DNA of 64,000 bases from assembly GCA_001513145.1 (NCBI GenBank), contig LFSP01000021.1, forward strand, positions 15,934 to 79,933, given 5' to 3'. Below, piece by piece: positions 9,892 through 17,757 of the stretch (positions are counted from its first letter, which is position 1; each line of letters starts with the position of its first letter). The DNA comes from Clostridia bacterium DTU025. Lineage in GTDB: Bacteria > Bacillota > DTU025. Made by a program: the position numbers and the translations under genes. The notes under the pieces were generated by a model. It saw only the letters and a program-made list of their open reading frames with translations. It ran no database searches and was not told where the DNA came from.

Positions 9892-10763
9892 GCGACACGC
9901 TGCGCGGCACGTTATACGTGGTATCCACTCCCGTGGGCAACATGGGGGACATCACCCATCGGGCCGTTGAGGTCCTGTCGTCGGTGGACCTGGTGGCGGC
10001 CGAGGACACCCGCCACACCGGGTTGCTCCTTGCGAGGCTCGGAATCTCGGCAAAGCTGGTCTCGTGCCACGAGCACAACGAGCGTGGCCGCGCGCGCGCC
10101 ATCGTCCAGCGACTGCTGGCGGGAGAGGATGTGGCGCTGGTGTCTGACGCGGGCACGCCGGGCATATCCGACCCGGGTGAGATCGTCATCGCTGAGGCCA
10201 TCGAAGCGGGCTGCCAGGTGGTTCCGGTGCCTGGCGCCACTGCCTTCGTGCCGGCTCTGACCGTTTCAGGGTTGCCGTCTTCAAGGTTCATGTTCATAGG
10301 CTTCCTGCCGCGCAAAGCCAAAGAGCGCCGGGCCGCGCTGGAAGAGGTGGCACACCTCAGAGCAACGCTCATATTCTACGAGGCGCCACATCGGCTCGCT
10401 GCCACACTGCGGGATCTCTTTCAGGTTCTGGGAGACCGGCGGTGCGCGGTGTGCTGGGAGCTGACGAAGAAGTTCGAGCGGGTGTGGCGTGGCACCCTGG
10501 GGCAGGCCGCGGAGGCGGCAGGCGCCGACGACAGAGGCGAGATCGTGATAGTCGTAGACGGCGCGCCTGCCCAGGCGGGCCAGGCGGACCGGGCGGGCGT
10601 CGGCGGGGAGGAGGTGCTGCGGGACGCAGCAGAGCGGGCGGTGGAGCTGGCGGCAGCGGAGGGCCTGAGCCTGCGGGACGCTGCGGCGAAGGCCGCCGGC
10701 GAGCTGGGGCTGCCGATGAGGAAAGTGTATTCCGTGGCGGTTCGGGCGAAGAGGCGAAGCTGA
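9888..10763 (+). CDS. rsmI: 16S rRNA (cytidine1402-2'-O)-methyltransferase
   Basis: GTLYVVSTPVGNMGDITHRAVEVL and the tetrapyrrole-methylase-like fold motifs. Conserved position before abrB. Confidence 0.9.
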   Translation: MSDTLRGTLYVVSTPVGNMGDITHRAVEVLSSVDLVAAEDTRHTGLLLARLGISAKLVSCHEHNERGRARAIVQRLLAGEDVALVSDAGTPGISDPGEIVIAEAIEAGCQVVPVPGATAFVPALTVSGLPSSRFMFIGFLPRKAKERRAALEEVAHLRATLIFYEAPHRLAATLRDLFQVLGDRRCAVCWELTKKFERVWRGTLGQAAEAAGADDRGEIVIVVDGAPAQAGQADRAGVGGEEVLRDAAERAVELAAAEGLSLRDAAAKAAGELGLPMRKVYSVAVRAKRRS

Positions 10764-10852
10764 CGTGCCTGGGTGCGAGATCGTCGAGGGGCCGGGGGTC
10801 TGGGGGCGGCGGTGCGACGGTCACTCACTTGAGGCGCAAGAGCCTCGCTAGA

Positions 10853-10876
10853 TATAGGGACGGGAGGCGCGTGCGC
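10853..10876. terminator. GC hairpin (GGGAGGCGC-GTG-CGCCTCCC) between convergent rsmI and abrB, plus a second hairpin GTCGGG..CCCGAC at ~10893-10919
   Basis: 9-bp perfect stem. On the minus strand it follows the abrB stop. Confidence 0.4.
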
Positions 10877-10916
10877 CTCCCGTGGAATGTATTGCCTTGT
10901 CGGGAAGATAACGGGT

Positions 10917-11162
10917 TTACCCGACGCTCTTCATAAGGTCAAAGCATTCCTTGCAGATATTCTTATCTTTGAAGATGCGAATCCCATCGGCATTGCCGCA
11001 GAAGATACAGGCGGGCTCGTACTTCTTGAGGATGATCTTTTCTCCGTCGACGTAGATCTCCAACGAGTCCTTCTCTTCGATTTGCAGCGTCCGTCTGAGT
11101 TCGATGGGTATCACGACGCGCCCAAGCTCGTCCACTTTCCGGACTATACCTGTTGACTTCAT
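10917..11162 (-). CDS. abrB: Transition-state regulator AbrB (N-terminal swapped-hairpin DNA-binding domain) with a C-terminal C-x2-C...C-x2-C zinc-ribbon-like tail
   Basis: The true start MKSTGIVRKVDELGRVVIPIELRRTL... is near-identical to the B. subtilis AbrB N-domain. RBS AAAGGGGGG upstream. The C-terminus CIFCGNADGIRIFKDKNICKECFDLM differs from the canonical AbrB C-domain. Local GC (~48%) is well below the window average. Confidence 0.85.
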   Translation of the reverse strand: MKSTGIVRKVDELGRVVIPIELRRTLQIEEKDSLEIYVDGEKIILKKYEPACIFCGNADGIRIFKDKNICKECFDLMKSVG

Positions 11163-11207
11163 TTCTGCAGCCCCCCTTTTCGGTGTTGTCGTGGTGCTCT
11201 CAAACAG

Positions 11208-11236
11208 ATAATAGTAAACATGTAAACACAAGTCAA
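11208..11236 (-). promoter_or_regulatory. Sigma-A promoter for abrB (TTGACT-17-TATTAT)
   Basis: Near-consensus hexamers with 17-nt spacing, ~45 nt upstream of the abrB start. Candidate Spo0A-box-like half sites (TATCGAA / TTCGCAT) lie further upstream at ~11285-11305. Confidence 0.55.
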
Positions 11237-11316
11237 GGCTTAGGCACCCAAGTGTTCTGTATGTTCCTTATTTCTCTCTATCAAATTCGCATATTATCGA
11301 ATACCAACGGTTGGAG

Positions 11317-11967
11317 TTAAGCCTTGACCCAGGAGGTGGAGAACACCAGCGTTTGAAGGATTTGGTCAAGCGTTTTCCGGTGCTCCTCCGGACGGTGCTG
11401 CCTCTCCACCAGGGTGAACATGAGCCCGTGCACCAGGTCGGTGAGGAGCACGGCCCTGGCCTCCTCGTTGGGCAGCTGGCGGTCGATATACACCCCGCGC
11501 ACGGTGAGATCCAGGCCTTGGGCGCCGGCGACCTCTATGCCTCTGGAGTCCACCACCTCGACGCGCTGGCCTGCCGACAGGATGTTGAGGCCAAGGACGT
11601 CCAGAGGGGTGTATGTATCGGCGTCAAGGGGGAACAGGTCCACCGTCATCTCGAATTCCATGCCCTCGGGGCCGTACTTGGCTATGCAGAAACGCCTGAC
11701 GCCCCTCATGTCGTTGCGCTCGTACACCATGTATCCGGCGTCGCCAGGCAGCATGAAGGAGACCAGCCCGCCCATGGATACCCTGAGGTCCGTTCCGGCC
11801 CACCTGGCCTCCGCCAGGGTCAACCGTCCCACCACCACGGTTCTGGGCGAGTCGGTGGTCTGGGCCGAAGCCACTGAAGCCGCACCCGTCATCATCACGA
11901 ACGCGAGCACGGCGACGGCGACGGCAATCAGGTCGCGTCGTCTGGTGGAATGTGCAGCACTGGTCAT
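11317..11967 (-). CDS. Secreted hypothetical protein (signal peptide, no recognisable domain)
   Basis: N-terminal hydrophobic signal segment (LIAVAVAVLAFVMMTGAASVASAQ). Coding-like composition. Divergent from metG. Confidence 0.5.
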   Translation of the reverse strand: MTSAAHSTRRRDLIAVAVAVLAFVMMTGAASVASAQTTDSPRTVVVGRLTLAEARWAGTDLRVSMGGLVSFMLPGDAGYMVYERNDMRGVRRFCIAKYGPEGMEFEMTVDLFPLDADTYTPLDVLGLNILSAGQRVEVVDSRGIEVAGAQGLDLTVRGVYIDRQLPNEEARAVLLTDLVHGLMFTLVERQHRPEEHRKTLDQILQTLVFSTSWVKA

Positions 11968-12028
11968 TCCTTTCACCTCCACATCAAAATACCACGATGG
12001 GCCAGCCCTTTCAACAGTAAGGGATTCC

Positions 12029-12056
12029 TTGACAGTCTAGCGCAGGTAGCTATACA
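12029..12056 (+). promoter_or_regulatory. Candidate sigma-A promoter for metG (TTGACA-16-TATACA)
   Basis: Hexamers ~45 nt upstream of the metG ATG. Confidence 0.4.
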
Positions 12057-12100
12057 CTCGAGTTGACCCGTAGCAGGCGAAATACTGGGGAGGACTTCGC

Positions 12101-14101
12101 ATGAACAGGCAACCTTATTACATAACTACCCCGATCTATTACGTGAACGACCTGCCTCACCTGGGGCACGCTTACACCACCGTGGCGTGCGACGCCATGG
12201 CGAGATACAAGAGGATGCGCGGATACGACGTGTTCTTCCTCACCGGCACCGACGAGCACGGTCAGAAGATCGAGCGTAAGGCGGTGGCTGAGGGTTTCAC
12301 ACCGCAGGCCTACGTGGACAAGATCGCTGAGAGCTTCGTGCAGCTCTGGGAGACGCTGGACATCTCCAACGATGGCTTCATACGCACCACCGACCCTCGA
12401 CACGTCAAAGTGGTGCAAAGGGTGTTCCAGCAGCTCCTGGACAACGACGACATCTATAAAGGAAGCTACGAGGGGTGGTACTGCACCCCGTGCGAAGCCT
12501 TCTTCCCAGAGAGCCAGCTGGTTGACGGAAAGTGCCCGGACTGCGGCCGCGACGTGGAATGGACCCAGGAGGAAGCCTACTTCTTCCGCCTGTCGAAGTA
12601 CGGCAGGCCCCTGCTGGACCACATAGCGACACATCCGGAGTTCATAGAGCCGTCGTCCAGGCGCAATGAGATGGTGCGTTTCATCGAAGGGGGCCTTGAG
12701 GACCTGTGCGTGTCGCGCACCACCTTCACGTGGGGGATCCCGGTCCCGTTTGCGCCAGGCCATGTCGCCTACGTGTGGATAGACGCCCTCACCAACTATC
12801 TCACCGCCATAGGCTACCTGGGCGATGCGGAGATGTTCAACAAGTACTGGCCCGCGGACGTGCACGTCATGGGCAAGGAGATCGTGCGCTTCCACTCGGT
12901 GATCTGGCCGGCTATACTGATGTCCCTGGGCCTTCCCCTGCCGAAGCAGGTGTTCGGTCACGGCTGGTGGACGGTGGAAGGCGAGAAGATGTCCAAGTCC
13001 AAGGGCAACGTCATCAAGCCTGACGAATACGCCGCGGAGTTCGGCGTAGACGCGGTGCGCTACTTCATGCTGCGGGAGGTGCCGTTCGGGCAAGACGGCG
13101 ACTTCTCGAGAATGAACTTCATCTACCGCGTGAACGCGGACCTGGCGAATGACCTGGGGAACCTCTTGAGCAGGGCCACCGCCATGATAATCAAGTTCTG
13201 CGACGGCAAGGTGCCTGAGCCCGGTGTGCAGGAGGAGCCCGACAGGCTCCTTCCGGAGCTTGCAGCGGAGGTGCTGGAGGGCGCCGCTGCCGCCTACGAC
13301 AGGCTGGCGTTCAGCGACGCTTTGGCGGAAGTGTTCCGCCTGGTGGGGGCGGCTAACAAGTACATCGACGACGTTGCTCCCTGGAACCTGGCCAAAACCG
13401 AAGAGGGCAAGAGCAGGCTGGGCACTGTGCTCTACAACATCGCGGAGACTGTGCGGGTGTCGGCGGTGATGCTGGCGCCTGTGCTGACGCGGGGCCCGAG
13501 GCAGCTCTGGTACCAGCTTGGCATAGACGGCTCACCTGAGGAGGCCGGCTGGGAGGCGGCCCGCTGGGGCGGCCTGAAGCCAGGCACGCAGGTTAGGCGT
13601 GGCGACCCGGTGTACCCCAGGGTGGACGCCAAGGCGGAGGCACAGCGGCTCAAGGTAGCGGGCGGTTCGGCCAAGGCTGAAGCGGCTGCCCCGGCCAAAG
13701 TCACGGATGCTGAGCCTGCGGGACAGCCCGGACGGGGCGCGGAGGTTCAAGCGGCGCCGCCGGCCCAGGAGCAGATCACCATCGAGGACTTCGCCCGCAT
13801 AGACCTGCGGGTGGCCACGGTTCTTGAGGCTGAGGTGGTGAAGGGCTCCGACAAGCTGCTGAAGCTGCAGGTTGACCTGGGCTCCGAGCGGCGCCAGATC
13901 GTCGCTGGCATCGCAAAGCACTACGTCCCTGAGGACCTTGTGGGCAAGCAGGTGGTTGTAGTGGCCAACCTCAAGCCGGCGAAGCTGAGAGGCGAGATCT
14001 CCAACGGCATGTTGCTGGCGGCCTCCAGCGCCGGCGAGCCAGTGGTGGTGGCGGTGGTCAGCCCTGAAAAGGACCTGCCCGCCGGGAGCAAGGTGAAATA
14101 G
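12101..14101 (+). CDS. metG: Methionyl-tRNA synthetase with C-terminal tRNA-binding (EMAP/Trbp111-like) domain
   Basis: HLGHAYT (HIGH), KMSKS, Zn knuckle CPDCGRD, and a C-terminal ITIEDFARIDLRVATV...LLKLQVDLG domain. Confidence 0.95.
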   Translation: MNRQPYYITTPIYYVNDLPHLGHAYTTVACDAMARYKRMRGYDVFFLTGTDEHGQKIERKAVAEGFTPQAYVDKIAESFVQLWETLDISNDGFIRTTDPRHVKVVQRVFQQLLDNDDIYKGSYEGWYCTPCEAFFPESQLVDGKCPDCGRDVEWTQEEAYFFRLSKYGRPLLDHIATHPEFIEPSSRRNEMVRFIEGGLEDLCVSRTTFTWGIPVPFAPGHVAYVWIDALTNYLTAIGYLGDAEMFNKYWPADVHVMGKEIVRFHSVIWPAILMSLGLPLPKQVFGHGWWTVEGEKMSKSKGNVIKPDEYAAEFGVDAVRYFMLREVPFGQDGDFSRMNFIYRVNADLANDLGNLLSRATAMIIKFCDGKVPEPGVQEEPDRLLPELAAEVLEGAAAAYDRLAFSDALAEVFRLVGAANKYIDDVAPWNLAKTEEGKSRLGTVLYNIAETVRVSAVMLAPVLTRGPRQLWYQLGIDGSPEEAGWEAARWGGLKPGTQVRRGDPVYPRVDAKAEAQRLKVAGGSAKAEAAAPAKVTDAEPAGQPGRGAEVQAAPPAQEQITIEDFARIDLRVATVLEAEVVKGSDKLLKLQVDLGSERRQIVAGIAKHYVPEDLVGKQVVVVANLKPAKLRGEISNGMLLAASSAGEPVVVAVVSPEKDLPAGSKVK

Positions 14102-14103
14102 CC

Positions 14104-14904
14104 TTGCTCATCGATGCCCACTGCCATCTTGAGGACAGTTCATTCACAGAAGGCGCGAAGGCCGTGGCGGACCGGGCCCGGGCGGCAGGGGTCGTCGCCA
14201 TCATCAACCCCGGCTACGATCTGGAGTCGTCGAAGCTGGCCTTGGTGAACGCAGGGAACATCGAGGGGGTATATGCCCTGGTGGGCATCCACCCTCACGA
14301 CGCGAAGACCGCGGACGCTGCTGCGCTTGAGGAGCTGGAGCGCCTCCTGGGCGAGCCGGGAGTGGTGGGGATAGGCGAGATCGGCCTCGACTACTACAGG
14401 GACTTGTCGCCCCGGAACGACCAGATGCAGGCTTTCCGAGTCCAGATGGACATGGCGCGGAAACACGGCCTTCCCGTGCAGATACACAACAGGGACGCCC
14501 ATCGCGACACCCTTGACGTGATCCGTGAGTACGCCGGTAGCATCCCCGGCATCGTGCTGCATTGTTATTCGGGCAGCGTTGAGATGGCCAGGGAGCTTCT
14601 GAACCTGGGCTGCTTCATATCCATTGCTGGTCCGGTGACGTTCGCCAACGCCAGGAAAGCGGCGGACGTGGCGAGGTACGTGCCTCTCGACAGGATGCTG
14701 GTGGAGACGGACTCTCCATACTTGGCGCCGACACCCCACCGCGGACAGCGGAACGAGCCCGCGTACGTCAGGTACGTGGCTGAGCGGATAGCCGAGATCA
14801 AGGGGGTCAGCTTCGATGAGGTAGCGGAGGCCACTTCGGCGGTGGCCATGAGGATCTTCGGAATATCGCCTGCCGGGACGAGGGAGAATCACCCGGCAGG
14901 GTGA
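14104..14904 (+). CDS. tatD: TatD family metal-dependent DNase
   Basis: MLIDAHCHL... with conserved TatD His/Glu/Asp motifs. Located 2 nt after metG, as in Bacillus yabD. Confidence 0.9.
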   Translation: MLIDAHCHLEDSSFTEGAKAVADRARAAGVVAIINPGYDLESSKLALVNAGNIEGVYALVGIHPHDAKTADAAALEELERLLGEPGVVGIGEIGLDYYRDLSPRNDQMQAFRVQMDMARKHGLPVQIHNRDAHRDTLDVIREYAGSIPGIVLHCYSGSVEMARELLNLGCFISIAGPVTFANARKAADVARYVPLDRMLVETDSPYLAPTPHRGQRNEPAYVRYVAERIAEIKGVSFDEVAEATSAVAMRIFGISPAGTRENHPAG

Positions 14905-14931
14905 CAGGAACAATATGGCATTGAAGTGAAG

Positions 14932-14979
14932 CATCCCTCCCAGGAAACGCGCGCGCTTTCCAATGAACCGGGAGGGATG
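14932..14979 (+). promoter_or_regulatory. 5'-UTR hairpin sequestering the RBS of the downstream secreted-protein gene (CATCCCTCCC ... GGGAGGGATG, 10-bp stem, with a nested GGAAA/TTTCC hairpin)
   Basis: The RBS GGGAGGGA at 14970-14977 is perfectly complementary to 14932-14941. The start ATG is at 14984. Confidence 0.35.
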
Positions 14980-14983
14980 TTTC

Positions 14984-15499
14984 ATGTACCGGACGGCGGG
15001 GCGTTTGGGGTTGAAGGCCCTGCTCATGTGCGTTCTGTGTTTGGCCTTGGCCTTGGCGATGCCTTGCGCGGCTCAGGTCGGAAGCGTGGTGCTGAAGGGC
15101 AGCGTTCTGGGTGCAGTGCGGATAAGCGTGTCGACGACCGAGGTGCAGTGGTCGGATCTCGTCCCAGGCGAGAACTGCATGGAAAACGCGTTTCAGGTCT
15201 TCCTGCACAGCAATACCGGGTTCAATCTCAGCATCCACGCCAGCAAGAGCCATATGACCAACGGCAACGGCGACCATCTGGGAAGCCCGTTGAAGTACCG
15301 TCTTGATGATGACCTGGACTACACTGCTTTGCCGGAGCAGCCTCAGGTGGTCCGTACCTATCAGGACCTTGGCTCGTTGGGCACCCAGCTTACCGTGCAC
15401 CTGAAGCAGGAGGTAAGCTTCGACGACGAGGTAACCTCCGAGCCCAACTCGTGGTACACCACCACCATCTACTTCACCGCTGAAACCACAACTCCATAA
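14984..15499 (+). CDS. Secreted beta-rich protein, possible pilin-like (spore-coat-protein-U/Csu-like) subunit
   Basis: Signal peptide (LKALLMCVLCLALALAMPCAAQ). N-terminal alternating-hydrophobic strand VGSVVLKGSVLGAVRISV and C-terminal SWYTTTIYFTA, resembling donor-strand pilins. The fold assignment is by pattern only. Confidence 0.5.
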   Translation: MYRTAGRLGLKALLMCVLCLALALAMPCAAQVGSVVLKGSVLGAVRISVSTTEVQWSDLVPGENCMENAFQVFLHSNTGFNLSIHASKSHMTNGNGDHLGSPLKYRLDDDLDYTALPEQPQVVRTYQDLGSLGTQLTVHLKQEVSFDDEVTSEPNSWYTTTIYFTAETTTP

Positions 15500-15511
15500 C
15501 AGGTGTCGGGT

Positions 15512-15540
15512 AGGGCAGGGCGTCTTCCCTGCCCTGTGTT
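15512..15540 (+). terminator. Intercistronic hairpin (AGGGCAGGG-CGTCTTC-CCTGCCCT) between the two secreted-protein genes, possible attenuator
   Basis: 8-9 bp GC stem followed by GTGTTGG. Lies 12 nt after the stop of gene 1 and 20 nt before the RBS of gene 2. Confidence 0.35.
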
Positions 15541-15554
15541 GGAGGGAACTATCG

Positions 15555-16448
15555 ATGAGGAAGGGATGGAAGCCGGCGGCGAGGGTGCTGGCGCTTCTGT
15601 GTGCAGTGGCGTTGCTGGCAAGCTCAGGCCACGCCGAAGGCGGCGCTGTGCAGTTCGTATCGAGCCCATCATCAGGCCAGCCCAATGACGTGGAAATAAC
15701 CGTGGCGCCGTCCTTGATCCAGGCGGAGCTCGGCTCCTTCCTGTGGATAGCCCAGACGGAAGTCGGCACCATCACGGTGAGGAACACGGGGAGGCTTCCC
15801 GTGACGGTGGTGGGAGAGTTCCGCGACGCCGTCCAGGACCTGTGGGGCACCGTGGCGGCTGGGCACACCGACATGTGTTCATCTCTGCTCAGGGTGGAGC
15901 CAGCTTCGCTCATGGTCGCGCCGGGAGCAAGCGGATCGATGCGCATCAGGGCGCACCCTTCGGTGGCGCTGGAGAAGAAGTCGGGCGTCGCTGCGGTGCT
16001 TTCCGTAACCGCCAGGCCCGCATCGCGCGGGCTCAGTGCAGGCGTCGGCCTCGGTCCGGGCCTGGGCACAGCCGTGGGGACGCGGGTCTGCGTGCCTGTA
16101 CTGGTGAAGCCTGCGGGGATGCGGAGGACGGGCAGCGGGCAGACATGGCTCGCGGCCAAGGCCATCGGCTACGGGCCTGAAGGCGTGTGGCTGGACGTGA
16201 GGAACGTGGGGCCAGTGTACGCGTGGGTGTCAGGAAAGGTCGAAGTGCGGTGGGCAGAGGAGCGGGCGTCTATCCCCGTACCGCTCAGCCTGGTATTGCC
16301 TGGCTGCACGCGGAGGTTAGTACTTGAGGGATGGGCCGACCTGAGCCTTCCCGAGGGAGAGCACGAGGTCGTGGTCCGTCTGCAGGGAGAACAGCCCACG
16401 ACCTTCGCGCTGAACTTCGCTACAGAGGCATCTCCTGGCCGGCCTTGA
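15555..16448 (+). CDS. Secreted protein, probable Ig-like/beta-sandwich partner of the upstream protein (chaperone-like or adhesin tip?)
   Basis: Signal peptide (VLALLCAVALLASSGHAEG). RBS GGAGGGAA. No sortase or lipobox motif. Function not assignable from sequence. Confidence 0.5.
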   Translation: MRKGWKPAARVLALLCAVALLASSGHAEGGAVQFVSSPSSGQPNDVEITVAPSLIQAELGSFLWIAQTEVGTITVRNTGRLPVTVVGEFRDAVQDLWGTVAAGHTDMCSSLLRVEPASLMVAPGASGSMRIRAHPSVALEKKSGVAAVLSVTARPASRGLSAGVGLGPGLGTAVGTRVCVPVLVKPAGMRRTGSGQTWLAAKAIGYGPEGVWLDVRNVGPVYAWVSGKVEVRWAEERASIPVPLSLVLPGCTRRLVLEGWADLSLPEGEHEVVVRLQGEQPTTFALNFATEASPGRP

Positions 16449-17427
16449 AGGACCGCAGGGTCTTCTTTGAAAGGTCGTGCGTGGTGCGGATGCGCCTTAC
16501 CGTGCCCGTTCGCGCCCGCATTACTATCGAGTCGGTCTCTGCGCGCTGGCCGTGGAACCTGACACCTTTCAGCATGTCACCGTCGGTGATGCCCGTGGCG
16601 CAGAAGACTATGTTGTTCCCTTTGGCCAGGTCCTCAGAGCAGAAAACCTGCGACAGGCGCTCGAAGCCTGCCGCCATGGCCCTGGCCTCGTCGTCTGCGT
16701 CGCGAACCCACATCTGCGTCTGTATCTCGCCGCCCAGGCACTTGAGGGCTGCCGCCGACAGCACCGCTTCCGGAGCCCCTCCGATGCCCATGAGCAGGTC
16801 CACGCCGGTGTCTGGCAGTGCGGTGGAGATGGCGGCTGACACGTCTCCGTCCTGGATGAGCTTGATCCTGGCCCCGGCCTCGCGCACCTCCCTGATGAGC
16901 TCCTCGTGGCGGGGCCGGTTGAGGATGACGACGGTAAGGTCCTTGACCTTCTTGCCCATGGCGGCTGCGACGACGCGAAGGTTCTCGCGGGTTGGGGCGT
17001 TTATGTCTATGTAGTCGCGGGCCTGCGGGCCCACAGCCAGCTTGCGCATGTAAAACGTGGGAACGGGCATCAGCGACTGCCGCCCCGCCACCACGATAAC
17101 GGAGATCGCGTTGGGAAGCCCATTTGCCACTAGCCTTGTGCCTTCCACGGGGTCCACAGCAATGTCAACCTCATCCTTGGTGAGGCAAGTGCCGACGCGC
17201 TCGCCATTGTACAGCATGGGGGCTCGATCCTTCTCGCCTTCCCCGATGACTACTGTGCCGTTGATGTTCACGAGGGACAACATCCCGCGCATCCCATCAA
17301 CGGCAGCCTCATCCACCAGCTCGGTGTCTCCCATGCCCATGCACCTGGCCGCAAGCAGCGATGCGGTTTCGGTTACCCGGACCAGCTCCAGCATTATCTC
17401 GCGTTCTCTGTCTTCCACTGCACTCAT
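16420..17427 (-). CDS. glpX: Fructose-1,6-bisphosphatase class II
   Basis: MSAVEDREREIMLELVRVTE...GEGEKDRAPMLY...DPVEGT...GIGGAPEAV match the GlpX family. Start trimmed to the internal ATG. Confidence 0.85.
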   Translation of the reverse strand: MSAVEDREREIMLELVRVTETASLLAARCMGMGDTELVDEAAVDGMRGMLSLVNINGTVVIGEGEKDRAPMLYNGERVGTCLTKDEVDIAVDPVEGTRLVANGLPNAISVIVVAGRQSLMPVPTFYMRKLAVGPQARDYIDINAPTRENLRVVAAAMGKKVKDLTVVILNRPRHEELIREVREAGARIKLIQDGDVSAAISTALPDTGVDLLMGIGGAPEAVLSAAALKCLGGEIQTQMWVRDADDEARAMAAGFERLSQVFCSEDLAKGNNIVFCATGITDGDMLKGVRFHGQRAETDSIVMRARTGTVRRIRTTHDLSKKTLRSFKAGQEMPL

Positions 17428-17631
17428 GCAGCTCCCACTCCCTCCGGACGTTAGGCTAGTTCGAATGTATGCGCTAGTTAAGCTTTGGATTACGCGTGGG
17501 AGTAAACCAGCTGGTTCCAGCGCCAATTATACCATACGGCCGGAGCGGGCAGCGAAAGCGCCGACGCGCAGCGTCCGTTTCGCTCCTTCTTGCCCTCTGA
17601 CTTGGGGCGCGTCCGTGCTTGAGACTGCTAT

Positions 17632-17657
17632 TTGTTTCTACAAATTGTTTCTACAAA
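17632..17657 (+). promoter_or_regulatory. Perfect tandem direct repeat 2 x TTGTTTCTACAAA upstream of the DUF3798-ABC operon (candidate operator)
   Basis: A 13-nt unit repeated head-to-tail; each unit is a quasi-palindrome TTGT-N5-ACAA. Located ~100 nt upstream of the start at 17758. Confidence 0.3.
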
Positions 17658-17757
17658 GCGGCGTGCAGGAATGTGGTGACTTGTGGAGAAATGAACTCAA
17701 ACTCACTGTAGGCGCATGGACAGTGCGCCTAAGAACTGTTTAGGAGAGGTGAAACGT

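Noticed and set aside
10917-11231. Extended AbrB ORF starting MCLHVYYYLFESTTTTPKRGAAE
   Set aside because: The extension covers the sigma-A promoter and RBS. The conserved AbrB sequence starts at MKSTGIV, which has its own RBS.
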